From an uncultured Verrucomicrobiae bacterium (lineage in GTDB: Bacteria; Verrucomicrobiota; Verrucomicrobiia; Chthoniobacterales; JAFAMB01), in the NCBI GenBank assembly GCA_963813025.1, contig CAWEXO010000013.1, positions 256,001 to 320,000 of the forward strand: 64,000 bases of DNA, written 5' to 3'. The notes under the pieces are model-generated. The model was not told the origin of the DNA and ran no database searches. It saw nothing but the letters and a program-made list of their open reading frames with translations. Made by a program: the position numbers and the translations under genes. Positions 20,008 to 29,509 of this stretch are shown here, piece by piece. The number at the start of each line of letters is the position of its first letter. The first letter of the stretch is position 1.

Positions 20008-20988
20008 TTATTTCTTCCTCTCCTCCGTCTCTGTCCCGGTAGATTGTTTGCTCGCCGAGGATGCCATGCTGCTCAGCTCCGTGCGCATTGCCGCAGTCAA
20101 GGCGTTACCACGCAGACGAGCCATCTCTGCCAGGGGCATGTTTTGGGCCAGCCGCCGGGCGATTTCGTAACCGACCAGGTATCCCATCCTCGATGGCCGC
20201 AGCCCGCTGTCGTTGTGTAAGAGATATATCGCCGTGTCCGCGTCATTGGTGGACTGGAGCTTTGCCGCGATCTCACGAGCCGCTTCAGGCGCAAAAGCCG
20301 GACCCTGGTTTGCCAAACGAGGATCCAGCAAGATGTCTCGCATGGATGCGGTGGGATTCATTTCTTTGCTGACGTAGGTCGCGAGGCCTTCTTGCCACAC
20401 TTGCCGGCCCAGCGTGAGCCGGTCCAGGTCGCGCGGCAAGGGGTTCACTTGAAAATGATAAAGGTGAAACAACTCGTGGCTGAGAATCACGCGGAGAGGG
20501 GCTTGCCGCCCGTAGAATTTCGCCAAGGAGTCCAGACCGATTAAAAGCGTTGCCGTATCATCGTGCGGCACCTTGGCATCAAAACGAAACAGCGAGAGGA
20601 TGACGTCAATTCTTGTCTTTGAAAATTGAAAGTCGGGGAAGAGGCGCTGGAAATCAGCGAGGACGGAATCAAGTTTCGTTGGCAGCTCGGCATCAAGTTC
20701 GCGGATTACCGGCAGGTAAACGTTAACTTGGCTAAGGTAACGTTTAAGCAAATCCGGATCCAGCCGGCACAAAGCGGGGCGCTGATAAATCTCGGGGCGA
20801 GCATGCACGAGAAAATTCTGCAAGCGCTCTGGACGAGGGACGTTGATATCGGTCGGCTGAGCTAATTCGGCCAGGGCGTCCGGCACAATGTCACGAACGA
20901 GTTCTTCCGAGCGCGCGGTCTGAACGAGAAGCCACCCTGCTGCCCAAGAAAGCAGCATGACCTTCTGAATGGCCTGAAGGAGAACCAC
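20008..20988 (-). CDS. Secreted putative Zn-dependent peptidase (DUF2268-like)
   Basis: HELFH, EGLATY, GYLVGY. Confidence 0.7.
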   Translation of the reverse strand: MVLLQAIQKVMLLSWAAGWLLVQTARSEELVRDIVPDALAELAQPTDINVPRPERLQNFLVHARPEIYQRPALCRLDPDLLKRYLSQVNVYLPVIRELDAELPTKLDSVLADFQRLFPDFQFSKTRIDVILSLFRFDAKVPHDDTATLLIGLDSLAKFYGRQAPLRVILSHELFHLYHFQVNPLPRDLDRLTLGRQVWQEGLATYVSKEMNPTASMRDILLDPRLANQGPAFAPEAAREIAAKLQSTNDADTAIYLLHNDSGLRPSRMGYLVGYEIARRLAQNMPLAEMARLRGNALTAAMRTELSSMASSASKQSTGTETEERKK

Positions 20989-21071
20989 AAGTAAGAGCGC
21001 GCTGCGATCAACCTGTTCCGGCGCCGCGACCGAGCAGCGCCGAAGATTTGCGGCCTCCGGTCTCGAGATAC

Positions 21072-21665
21072 CTACTCCGGTCCGTAGTCGATATACTCAT
21101 AGACGACCGCGGGTCGATGCGAACGATGAGTGTGTTTGTGGCGCCGGCTCGCTTCCAGGTACGTATGATGGCCGTGATGGGAATGTCTCCGGCTTTGGAG
21201 ATAGACGTGCGAGCTGTGCCGAAGCCGTGCGCTCCGGTTTTCGTGGCGCCGCGCCATTATTCCTTCGGCGTGAACTGCGGCTCGGTAGGCCTTCAGGTAT
21301 TCGCGGCGGCCCCTCGCCGTCTTTGCGTTCCGCGCCTTTCGCAACAAAGCTTCGGCTTTGCTCGAAGGAGGTGCGCTCTTTTCGACGTCCGCAGATTTCT
21401 GCAGGGCCGCGGAAATTGCCTGAGCCGAATTTATTTCGGAAGATGTCGCCGGTGACGGAGGATTGCTCGGAACCGTGCCCGATTCGGGCAACAAGTCTGG
21501 TGCGGCTTGAGAGCCGGCGGTTTCCTGGGGCATCGGGGTCGCTGGTTCTCCGGGATTCTGACGGGGCAGGACCGGCTCGTCGGTGGGACTGGAATCGGGC
21601 GACTGCGCTGCGACCAGCTCAGTCGAAACAACGAACACCAGGGCGACTGAAAGTAAAAACTTCAT
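21072..21665 (-). CDS. Secreted low-complexity protein with His/Arg-rich tail
   Basis: Signal peptide MKFLLSVALVFV; Pro/Ser linker; HSHHGHH tail. Confidence 0.6.
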   Translation of the reverse strand: MKFLLSVALVFVVSTELVAAQSPDSSPTDEPVLPRQNPGEPATPMPQETAGSQAAPDLLPESGTVPSNPPSPATSSEINSAQAISAALQKSADVEKSAPPSSKAEALLRKARNAKTARGRREYLKAYRAAVHAEGIMARRHENRSARLRHSSHVYLQSRRHSHHGHHTYLEASRRHKHTHRSHRPAVVYEYIDYGPE

Positions 21666-21870
21666 AGTCTGCCAAAGGAGCAATGGCCGGAGAATCGCTT
21701 TTTTTGCCGCTCGGCGCAAGCTTTAGCTAGCGAGGCCGCGCCTCAGACGCCATTTTCAGGAGTTTCAGCGGTCAAGGACTCATTGGGCCTGTCGGACTTT
21801 GGAAATCTGTAAGTACGCCATCAAGCGATTGTTCGCGCGAGGGCTAGAGATCGTCTCAGAATGCCCCACT

Positions 21871-22015
21871 GTCCTGCGCCGGTAGGGCGAAAATTTATTC
21901 GAGCCCCAGGCGAGAACTTGTTTGAGCCATCTGGAGCGGGTGGCTCACCCAAGCGTCCGGCTCAAACAAGTTCTCGCTAAGGCTCGAATAAATTTTCGCC
22001 CTACCGGCGCAGGAC
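21871..22015. repeat. GTAG-type REP doublet (REPIN-like hairpin), copy 1
   Basis: GTCCTGCGCCGGTAGGGCGAAAATTTATTCGAGCC...GGCTCGAATAAATTTTCGCCCTACCGGCGCAGGAC long inverted repeat. Confidence 0.85.
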
Positions 22016-22248
22016 CAAAGACGCCTTGGGACATCCCTCGAACCTCTCTTCCGAACCATAGCTCGATTGCGCGTGCTACAGATTTTCACAGTACAGACGC
22101 TCATTGTCAGTGCCTGTGCCGGCTGAATGTTGAAATGAAGGTTTAGACCTGCCCCACCGTCCAATGCGTTGTATGGCCGTCGAAGGCTGAACCGGTCAGT
22201 CAGAACCGCAAAGGCCGCCGCCGGCGAACAAGAAGCACAAAACAAGCT

Positions 22249-22713
22249 ATGAAGAAATTAATTGCATTTTTCCTTGGGAGTACGCTTTGTCTTATTGCCT
22301 TTGCGCGGGCGGACGAGATCACTTTCACCACGCTGCCGCAGACCGTGCAGACTACAGTGATTCGCGAAACTCATATTGCGAACCCCAGCGCGGTAACCCG
22401 GGTTATTCGAGATGAGGGTGGGGTGTATGCCGTGACAGTCCATGAAGACTCTGGGGACCGGGTCGTCTATGTCAACGACGCAGGCGCAGTTGTAGCCGCG
22501 CCGGCCGGGTCGACAACGACCACCGTGCAGCCGGCACAAGGCTCGACCACCACGACGATCCAGCGAACGGACAGCGCAGAGGGCACGACCGTGACGACCG
22601 ACCAGGTACAGCAGAATGTTTCGCGTTATCAGTTGCTTGAGAAAAAGGGTAAGAAGGAGATCTATCTCGATCGTCAGACTGGCCAGAAGGTAAAAGTCGA
22701 GCGGGAAGACTAG
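22249..22713 (+). CDS. Secreted hypothetical protein
   Basis: Signal peptide; LPQTVQTTVIRE; Thr-rich linker. Confidence 0.75.
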   Translation: MKKLIAFFLGSTLCLIAFARADEITFTTLPQTVQTTVIRETHIANPSAVTRVIRDEGGVYAVTVHEDSGDRVVYVNDAGAVVAAPAGSTTTTVQPAQGSTTTTIQRTDSAEGTTVTTDQVQQNVSRYQLLEKKGKKEIYLDRQTGQKVKVERED

Positions 22714-23141
22714 AAAATTGCAAGTGTCGGTGCTAATGCCAGTGGACAACTGGCACTAGCACCGTGAAGAAAGCGGTTCGCATAAAGAGATTGTCTCGCA
22801 ACGCCCGAGGTCGGTAGGGGCTCTCGTTCGACCTCCTCAATGTTGAATCACGTCTCGATCTGGACGAGCGGGCCGCCTTGGCAAGGCTACGGCGCGCCCT
22901 CCGGTCAAGCGTTTGAGCAACTCCATATCCCCCCGACGAACGCTTGTCCGTAGTCGGGAGCTCATCCAGGAGCTCATCCCTACCGCTCCTCGGTGCGGCT
23001 CGAATGAAATTCTCGCCCTGCCGGGACAGGTCCTAAGCAAGCCTGAAGCCGGTCAAGTCCGCACAACCCGCTCGCCCCTGCCGCTGCCATTCCCAAAGGT
23101 CACTCCTTGCCCCAACGGCAATCTGACGTATGGGAATTTGA

Positions 23142-24149
23142 ATGGACATTGAAAAGATTCGGTTCGAGGGAATCCCCCAACCAATTTCCAGGATCGGTTT
23201 AGGTACCTGGGCGATTGGCGGTTGGATGTGGGGTGGGTCCGATGATAATGAGAGCATGCGCACGATCCAGTATGCGGTTGATGAAGGGATAACCCTCATC
23301 GATACCGCGCCGGTTTACGGCTTCGGGCATTCTGAGGAAATTGTGGGCAGAGCTTTAGCGGGCGGTCGCCGGGAGCGAGCGGTGCTCGCTACAAAGGTCG
23401 CCCTCGAATGGACTGAGGGACAGGTGTTCCGGAACTCGTCGCCAGCTCGAATCAAAAAGGAAGTGGAGGACTCATTGCGTCGTCTGCGAACTGACCGGCT
23501 GGATATTTACCAAGTCCACTGGCCGGACCCTCTGGTGCCAATCGAGGAAACGGCGGAGGCAATGAACGACCTGCAACGTGAAGGAAAAGTGTTGGCGATC
23601 GGGGTCAGCAACTTTTCCGTGAAGGAAATGGATCGCTGGCGAGCAGCTGCTCCCTTGCACAGTACCCAACCGCCTTACAACATCTTTGAGCGACAGGTTG
23701 AGGCAGACGTTCTTCCCTACGCTTTGGAAAACCATTTTCTTGTCCTGGCCTATGGGGCGCTCTGTCGTGGTCTGTTATCGGGTCGTATGACCGCAGCAAG
23801 GCGCTTTGCCGGCGATGATCTTCGGCAGAAGGATCCTAAGTTTCAAGAACCCCGCCTGTCTCAGTACGTCAGTGGGGTAGAAAGGCTCTCAGACCTGGCT
23901 CAAAAGAAGCACGACCGAAGTGTTCTGGCCTTCGCCATTCGCTGGTTGCTCGACCGAGGGGATACCATGATTGCTCTCTGGGGAGCACGTGACCCTGAGC
24001 AGTTGAAATCAGCCGAAGAAGCCATGGGTTGGAAATTATCCCCCGAAGATTATAACGAAGTGGACCGAATCCTGCAGGAGGAAATCAGGGATCCGGTCGG
24101 GCCGGAATTCATGGCGCCTCCGGCGCGGCCGGTGGCCGATGACCAATGA
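23142..24149 (+). CDS. Aldo/keto reductase (general stress protein 69/YhdN-like)
   Basis: GLGTWAIGGWMWGG, DTAPVYGFGHSE, QVHWPD, GPEFMAPP. Confidence 0.92.
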   Translation: MDIEKIRFEGIPQPISRIGLGTWAIGGWMWGGSDDNESMRTIQYAVDEGITLIDTAPVYGFGHSEEIVGRALAGGRRERAVLATKVALEWTEGQVFRNSSPARIKKEVEDSLRRLRTDRLDIYQVHWPDPLVPIEETAEAMNDLQREGKVLAIGVSNFSVKEMDRWRAAAPLHSTQPPYNIFERQVEADVLPYALENHFLVLAYGALCRGLLSGRMTAARRFAGDDLRQKDPKFQEPRLSQYVSGVERLSDLAQKKHDRSVLAFAIRWLLDRGDTMIALWGARDPEQLKSAEEAMGWKLSPEDYNEVDRILQEEIRDPVGPEFMAPPARPVADDQ

Positions 24150-24204
24150 CCGATGGTCAATGACCAGTTGCGGTCAGGAGATCGATAACGCTATATCGTT
24201 GAGA

Positions 24205-24412
24205 TTAGTGCACCGTCTCTCATAGTAATGGTGCCATCGCCGCAGGTCAGTTGGCTGTTTTTCAAGGCGCGAGCGAAGCGCCCCATCTGAATTCATACGG
24301 GTCGAGGTCCGAGCCGGACTGGCGGAAGCAACGCCGAAAAACAGCCAACTGGCCGCGGCCCAAAGGGTTGCGTTGAAAATGGGCCGGCGGCGGCGTTGCT
24401 CCTCGGTCATCA
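24205..24412. mobile_element. MITE-like element, longer variant lacking the right terminal repeat
   Basis: Highly similar to 35879..36018 over ~150 nt. Confidence 0.7.
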
Positions 24413-24420
24413 GCGATCGA

Positions 24421-25461
24421 TCAGATCGCCCCAGCAGACGTCAATTCCTGCTTGACGTAAGCGTAAAATATCGGCGCGGCGATTAAGCCGGGAATACCGA
24501 ATGCCGCTTCCATCAGAATCATCGCACCAAGGATCTCCCAGGCATGAGCGTTGATATTTGCGCCGACAATTCGGGCATTGAGAAAGTATTCGAGCTTATG
24601 GATCAGCACGAGAAACGCCAGGGCGGCCACGCCCGCCAGGACTGAGATCGACAAGGCGACAATCGCAATCAGCGTGTTGGAAATGAGATTTCCAATGACA
24701 GGCAGAAGGCCGGTCAGGAAAGTGATGGCCACCAAGGTTTTCGCCAAAGGAAGGTGGACCCCGAAGATGGGCAGAAAAACGAAAACAAAGATTGCTGTGA
24801 ACACCGTGTTCAATGCGGAAATGCGCACCTGAGCGAATATGATGCGGCGAAAAGCATCGGCAAAACGGTTGACCCGTTCGAGCAAGGCTCGAGCGAATGG
24901 TTTCAGATGGTGAACCGGTTGTCCCTGATGAAGCGACACCAGAGCGCCGACCACCATGCCGATCAGCATCCGAAGAAAAAGGTGGCCCGCCGCTTTTCCG
25001 GCATGTTGTACCTCCTTGGGATGCTCACCCAGCCAACCGGTTGCCTTGAGCCGGAGATCATAAACATCTCCGGGCAGGTTTTCGACGAGCCAGGGAGGTA
25101 GCTTTGCGCGGGCGTCATCCAAAATCGTCTGCACTTTGTCCGATAAAGCCGGCAGAGTTCCTGCGTCGCTTTTGAAAAACGCAATGGTCCCGACGATTGC
25201 CAGGATCACCAGGCTGATCGTCAGGATCGCAAGGACCGCCAGCGAAACCAGACGGGCGAGCTGATTGGTGAAATGCCGTTGCAAGAGAGGCGCGAGAAGA
25301 TGGACGAGCTCGTAGACTAATAGCCCCAGCAGCACCGCCGGCAATAAGTGCAGGAACATGACAAGGAAGAGTGCGACGCCCATGATAATCCACGATGCGA
25401 GGGTGGCAGTATCCGGGGATCGGGAAAGGCGAGACTGCTTTGCGAGCTGGGCTTCGATCAT
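24421..25461 (-). CDS. AI-2E family transporter
   Basis: Multi-TM; LLPVIGNLISN, HKLEYFLNARIVG, FGIPGLIAAP. Confidence 0.88.
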   Translation of the reverse strand: MIEAQLAKQSRLSRSPDTATLASWIIMGVALFLVMFLHLLPAVLLGLLVYELVHLLAPLLQRHFTNQLARLVSLAVLAILTISLVILAIVGTIAFFKSDAGTLPALSDKVQTILDDARAKLPPWLVENLPGDVYDLRLKATGWLGEHPKEVQHAGKAAGHLFLRMLIGMVVGALVSLHQGQPVHHLKPFARALLERVNRFADAFRRIIFAQVRISALNTVFTAIFVFVFLPIFGVHLPLAKTLVAITFLTGLLPVIGNLISNTLIAIVALSISVLAGVAALAFLVLIHKLEYFLNARIVGANINAHAWEILGAMILMEAAFGIPGLIAAPIFYAYVKQELTSAGAI

Positions 25462-25527
25462 CCATCCTCAACTTGCTCGAAAAAAGTGTCAGCGCCAGTG
25501 GTAGCTAGTGCCAGTCCAGTGCAAATC

Positions 25528-25680
25528 ATGAAACCTTGGGATTGGTACGGCGGACGATGTGTCTGGCGGCCGGGGCGATATGTCATGCGGCCGGGACCGC
25601 GAGCAGTGTGGGTACCGGCACATTATGTTCGGCGGCACGGCTACTGGCGATTCGTGCCGGGCCACTGGAGTTATCACTAG
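25528..25680 (+). pseudogene. YXWGXW-repeat protein C-terminal remnant
   Basis: WDWYGGRCVWRPGRY...WVPAHY...FVPGHW; no signal peptide or N-terminus. Confidence 0.6.
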
Positions 25681-25854
25681 CGAGACCGTGCCTCAGACCA
25701 ACGAGCGATCGGCTCATTAGGTAGCGCCGGGAGTGGCATCGGTTAGGCTTAAGCGGCCGCGCTGCTCCGACACTGGCACTGGCACAGGCACTATTTAAAG
25801 GATCACTGGTTGCTTTGCGCCGCTGCTCAGTTAGGCTTTCAGCCGAGGTCACTG

Positions 25855-26073
25855 ATGGAGCAGATCAAGGAACTCTTGAAGGCTGACGCTTGGCGGCCGT
25901 TTTCGATACGCGCCAATGGCCGAGCTTTCCGCGTACCGACCCGGCAACATGCTTGGGTCAGTCCCCACGGTCGGATCGTGGTGGAAATCAGCGCGAGCCG
26001 GCTCGAGGTGATTCATCCTGAAAATTTCGAGGGTGTTGAGATTGAGCCGTGGAGCGACCACGAGGTTTGTTGA
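25855..26073 (+). CDS. Small hypothetical protein
   Basis: GAGG RBS; IKELLKADAWRPFSIRANGRAFRV. Confidence 0.65.
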   Translation: MEQIKELLKADAWRPFSIRANGRAFRVPTRQHAWVSPHGRIVVEISASRLEVIHPENFEGVEIEPWSDHEVC

Positions 26074-27627
26074 TTGCGGCTTAGTTTTCGGCCTGTGGAA
26101 CCCGGCGACCCGGCGGTAAAAGTCAAGGTAAAACCAACTTATTGGTTAACCCGCTTCGTCATCCTTCGGCTGCTCGGTTTAGTTTATGCGGTGGCTTTTC
26201 TTGTTGCCGCGAACCAATTACCGGCTCTGATCGGTTCCCAGGGCCTGTTGCCGGTCGGCTCGTTCCTTGATCGGGTTCGCGAAGCAGCCAATGGTTCTTC
26301 TGCCTCGGCATTCTTCCATTTGCCTTCAATCTTCTGGTTTAACGACTCTGACTCGGCGTTGGTCACTGTCGCCTGGATTGGTTTCGGACTCTCGTGTCTG
26401 GTTGTTGCCGGGTTCGCTAACGCGCTCGTGATGATTGTCTTGTGGGCCTTCTACATGTCCATCGTACATGTCGGTCAGGATTGGTACGGATACGGTTGGG
26501 AGATTCAGCTATTGGAAACGGGTTTTCTCGGGATTTTTCTCTGCCCCCTCATCGATCTGCGACCCTTTCCCAAATACCCGCCGTCGCTCGTCGTAATCTG
26601 GCTGTTTCGCTGGTTGATTTTTCGGATGATGCTCGGAGCGGGCCTGATCAAAATCCGGGGTGACCCGGCTTGGCGGAATTTGACTGCGCTCTATTATCAC
26701 TTTGAGACCCAGCCTTTGCCGAATCCGCTGAGTCGTTGGTTTCACTTTTTGCCCCGGCCAGTGCTGCAGTTTGGAGTTTTCTACAATCATCTCGCCGAGC
26801 TCGTGGCGCCTTGGGCGGTCTTCTGGCCGCGCACAGTGCGACATACCGGCGGTTTGATCATCGTAAGTTTTCAAGTAGTGCTCATTCTCAGCGGGAACCT
26901 CTCGTTTCTGAATTGGCTCACGCTCGTCCCCGCCCTCGCTTGTTTCGACGACGGCGTGTGGTCAAGAATACTGCCGCGCTTGCTCGTCCGATATGCAGAA
27001 CGCGCGAAGGAGAGCTCTTTGGCCAGTACCCGCGTGATGCGAGGCTTGGCCTGGAGTCTGGCCGCCGTAGTCGCCCTCCTGAGTATTCAACCTGTCTTGA
27101 ATCTCCTCTCTCGGCGGCAAATTATGAACACGACCTTCGATCCGTTGGATCTGGTCAACACTTACGGCGCCTTTGGAACCGTCGGACGCGAACGGTACAA
27201 TGTCGTGTTTGAAGGTACCGACAAGGATTTTCCGGCAACCGACGCAGATTGGCGCCCTTACCTCTATCGGGCTTTGCCGGTCGCACTCGATCAACGACCA
27301 GTCCAGATCGCACCGTATCAGCCGCATCTCGATTGGCAGATGTGGTTCGCCGCCATGGCATCACCTCAGGAATATCCCTGGACGGTCCATCTGGTCTGGA
27401 AGCTGTTGCACAACGATCCGCCAACATTGAGCCTTTTTGCGGCCAATCCGTTTCCCGACGAGCCGCCGCATTTTGTCCGAGCTGTCCTCTACCGCTACCA
27501 ATTCGTTTCGCCCGCTAATCCCCAGCACCTCTGGTGGATACGCACCAAAATCGGTCTTTGGTTGCCGCCGCTTTGGGATGGAGACCCGCGACTGACTGCC
27601 TTTCTCCGCGAAGCCGGCTGGGATTGA
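26074..27627 (+). CDS. Lipase maturation factor (LMF1) family membrane protein
   Basis: YGWEIQLLETGFL, HFETQPLPNP, SGNLSFLNW, HLDWQMWFAAM. Confidence 0.92.
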   Translation: MRLSFRPVEPGDPAVKVKVKPTYWLTRFVILRLLGLVYAVAFLVAANQLPALIGSQGLLPVGSFLDRVREAANGSSASAFFHLPSIFWFNDSDSALVTVAWIGFGLSCLVVAGFANALVMIVLWAFYMSIVHVGQDWYGYGWEIQLLETGFLGIFLCPLIDLRPFPKYPPSLVVIWLFRWLIFRMMLGAGLIKIRGDPAWRNLTALYYHFETQPLPNPLSRWFHFLPRPVLQFGVFYNHLAELVAPWAVFWPRTVRHTGGLIIVSFQVVLILSGNLSFLNWLTLVPALACFDDGVWSRILPRLLVRYAERAKESSLASTRVMRGLAWSLAAVVALLSIQPVLNLLSRRQIMNTTFDPLDLVNTYGAFGTVGRERYNVVFEGTDKDFPATDADWRPYLYRALPVALDQRPVQIAPYQPHLDWQMWFAAMASPQEYPWTVHLVWKLLHNDPPTLSLFAANPFPDEPPHFVRAVLYRYQFVSPANPQHLWWIRTKIGLWLPPLWDGDPRLTAFLREAGWD

Positions 27628-27654
27628 GTGGGGGAGTTGGACGAGTGTCGGTGC

Positions 27655-28781
27655 TAGTGCCTAATTGCGTAAGTTAGTTATATGTATGGCGACTTTCCCC
27701 TGATGTACCTGGGATTTGGTCCATTCGAAGGGAGCCGCATTGTTATTGTAGTTCTTGATGAAGGTGTCGATGGCGTTGCGCAGCTCTGCCACGCTGGTGA
27801 AGTTTGCCCCCTGGAGGGCTTGGCGGCTCAAGATACTAAACCAGATCTCAATCTGGTTGAGCCAAGAAGCGTGGGTTGGAGTGAAATGAAAATGCACATT
27901 GGGGTGAGCCTTCAACCAGCGATCTTGCTTTGGCTTATGGGTCGCAAGGTTGTCTAAGACCACATGAATTTCTTTGTCGAGATTTCCGGCAACTACCTGG
28001 TTCATAAACTCCAGGAATTCCCGTCGGCGCTGGCGCCGGTAATGACCAGCCTGCACTTGGCCGCTGGCAATGTTGAGGGCGGAAAGAGAGTGGAGGTGCC
28101 ATGGCGCTTGTACTCGTGGCTAAAACCCGTCAGCGCCCTGCCATTGGGCAAGCGAATCCAACCTTGGGCTCTTTCCAGGGCTTGAATGGCTGGTTTTTCA
28201 TCAATGGCCAAGATGAGCGCATTCTGGGGCGGATTGAGATAAAGACCGACAATGTCAGCGGCCTTGCGCACAAACTCCGGATCGGTGGAAATGCACCAGC
28301 TGCGGCGCCGTTCCAATTCAATGCCTTGTTGGCGCAAAATGCGCCAGACTTAATCGGAGGAAACATCGGCCAGACTCTGCGCCAGCAGTCGCCCATTCCA
28401 GCGCCCGTAGCCCGCCGGTGGATCTTCATCCAGCAGCGCCAAGACCCGCTTGACCGTCATTTGATCATACTTGGCCGGCTTTCCACTGCGTGGCGCGTCT
28501 TCCAAGCCAGCCAGGCCTTGGCGCACAAAGCGCCGCCGCCATTTACTCACCGTCACCTCGGGAATGCGCAGGCTCTTGGCAATCGCACGTCCACTCAAGC
28601 CCGCTGCCGCCTTCAAGATAATCTGACTCCTGACCTTGAGCCGGTGTTCGACCCGTTGCGCTCGACTCCAACCCTCCAAGAGCTTGCGGTTTTCCACAGA
28701 AAGTTTGATGCGACCCGTTGCCATCCATCCAACAAATCATAATTTTTCATAAATATAAAGAACTAAAGCAACTAAGTACTA
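27655..28781 (-). mobile_element. IS630-family insertion sequence, inactivated
   Basis: Imperfect terminal repeats TAGTGCCTAATTGCGTAAGTT / TAGTACTTAGTTGCTTTAGTT with TA at both ends; transposase inside. Confidence 0.9.
27661..28724 (-). pseudogene. IS630 transposase with an in-frame stop (~28350) and a frameshift (~28080)
   Basis: HTH with DAPRSGKP; DEKPAIQALER; YKRHGT; DNLATHK; SWLNQIEIWF. Confidence 0.92.
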
Positions 28782-28826
28782 GTGCTAGTGCTAGTGCTAG
28801 TGCTAGTGCTAGTGCTAGTGCTAGTG
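28779..28826. repeat. (CTAGTG)8 hexamer microsatellite
   Basis: Eight perfect units counted. Confidence 0.95.
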
Positions 28827-28972
28827 CTGGTCATTGGTCATCGGTGCCATTGGCCATTGGCCATTGGCCATTCCCCGTCGGCCATTCGTGCATTCCTGAT
28901 TGACCCGCCGCTCACTCGAAACCACCGTACTTGCCGTGCAGACGATCGGACTTCGCCACGGTCTGAAGTTGA

Positions 28973-29148
28973 TATGGGCCGGCTTGCTCCTGGCTTCGTC
29001 GGCTTGTTTGGCCGCTTGCGCGAACGATCAACCCACGTCAATGGAAACCGCGATAACGCGCGCGGTTGGAGAACAAAACGCAGAGACCCGGCAGAATTAT
29101 CAACCGCCGCGCAGCCCAGGGTTTAATGACCTGCTGGGCGGCCGATAG
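28973..29148 (+). CDS. Small putative lipoprotein
   Basis: Hydrophobic stretch ending in LAAC; start uncertain. Confidence 0.45.
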
Positions 29149-29216
29149 CAATCTGCACTCCGGTATTCAAGCCGAATAGGCTTGATCATCGGTGCGTCGA
29201 AATGTTTGGCGGACTC

Positions 29217-29420
29217 ATGAGACAACTTGTTTTTTTTCTATTCTTGCTTTCCGGGCTAGCTGGCCCTGCCGTTGCTCAGGCCGATCCTCCGTACCGAACT
29301 CACTATCAGGACCGGCGAAACTATCACTATCGGCGCTATGACCACGACAACTATCGGCACTCGCATCATTGGAAATATCGACGCTGGCATCACAGTTATC
29401 AGGGTCACGACAGGGACTAA
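29217..29420 (+). CDS. Small secreted His/Arg/Tyr-rich protein
   Basis: Signal peptide ending AQA, then YRTHY...RRWHHSY. Confidence 0.6.
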   Translation: MRQLVFFLFLLSGLAGPAVAQADPPYRTHYQDRRNYHYRRYDHDNYRHSHHWKYRRWHHSYQGHDRD

Positions 29421-29509
29421 GCAGTTCACTCAGCCTGTTTGGATCGAATTGATGCACCTTTTCTGAAACGCGCGATGGCCAACCCCGGTAGTATTTAATC
29501 CTTGCTGCG

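Noticed and set aside
24174..24410. 78-aa ORF; also 34997..35254, 37095..37340 and 21895..22245
   Set aside because: Translations of repeat or MITE sequence
28350..28352. Programmed frameshift or readthrough in the IS630 transposase
   Set aside because: It is an in-frame TAA at a likely Gln codon, and a second independent frameshift exists with no slippery A-run
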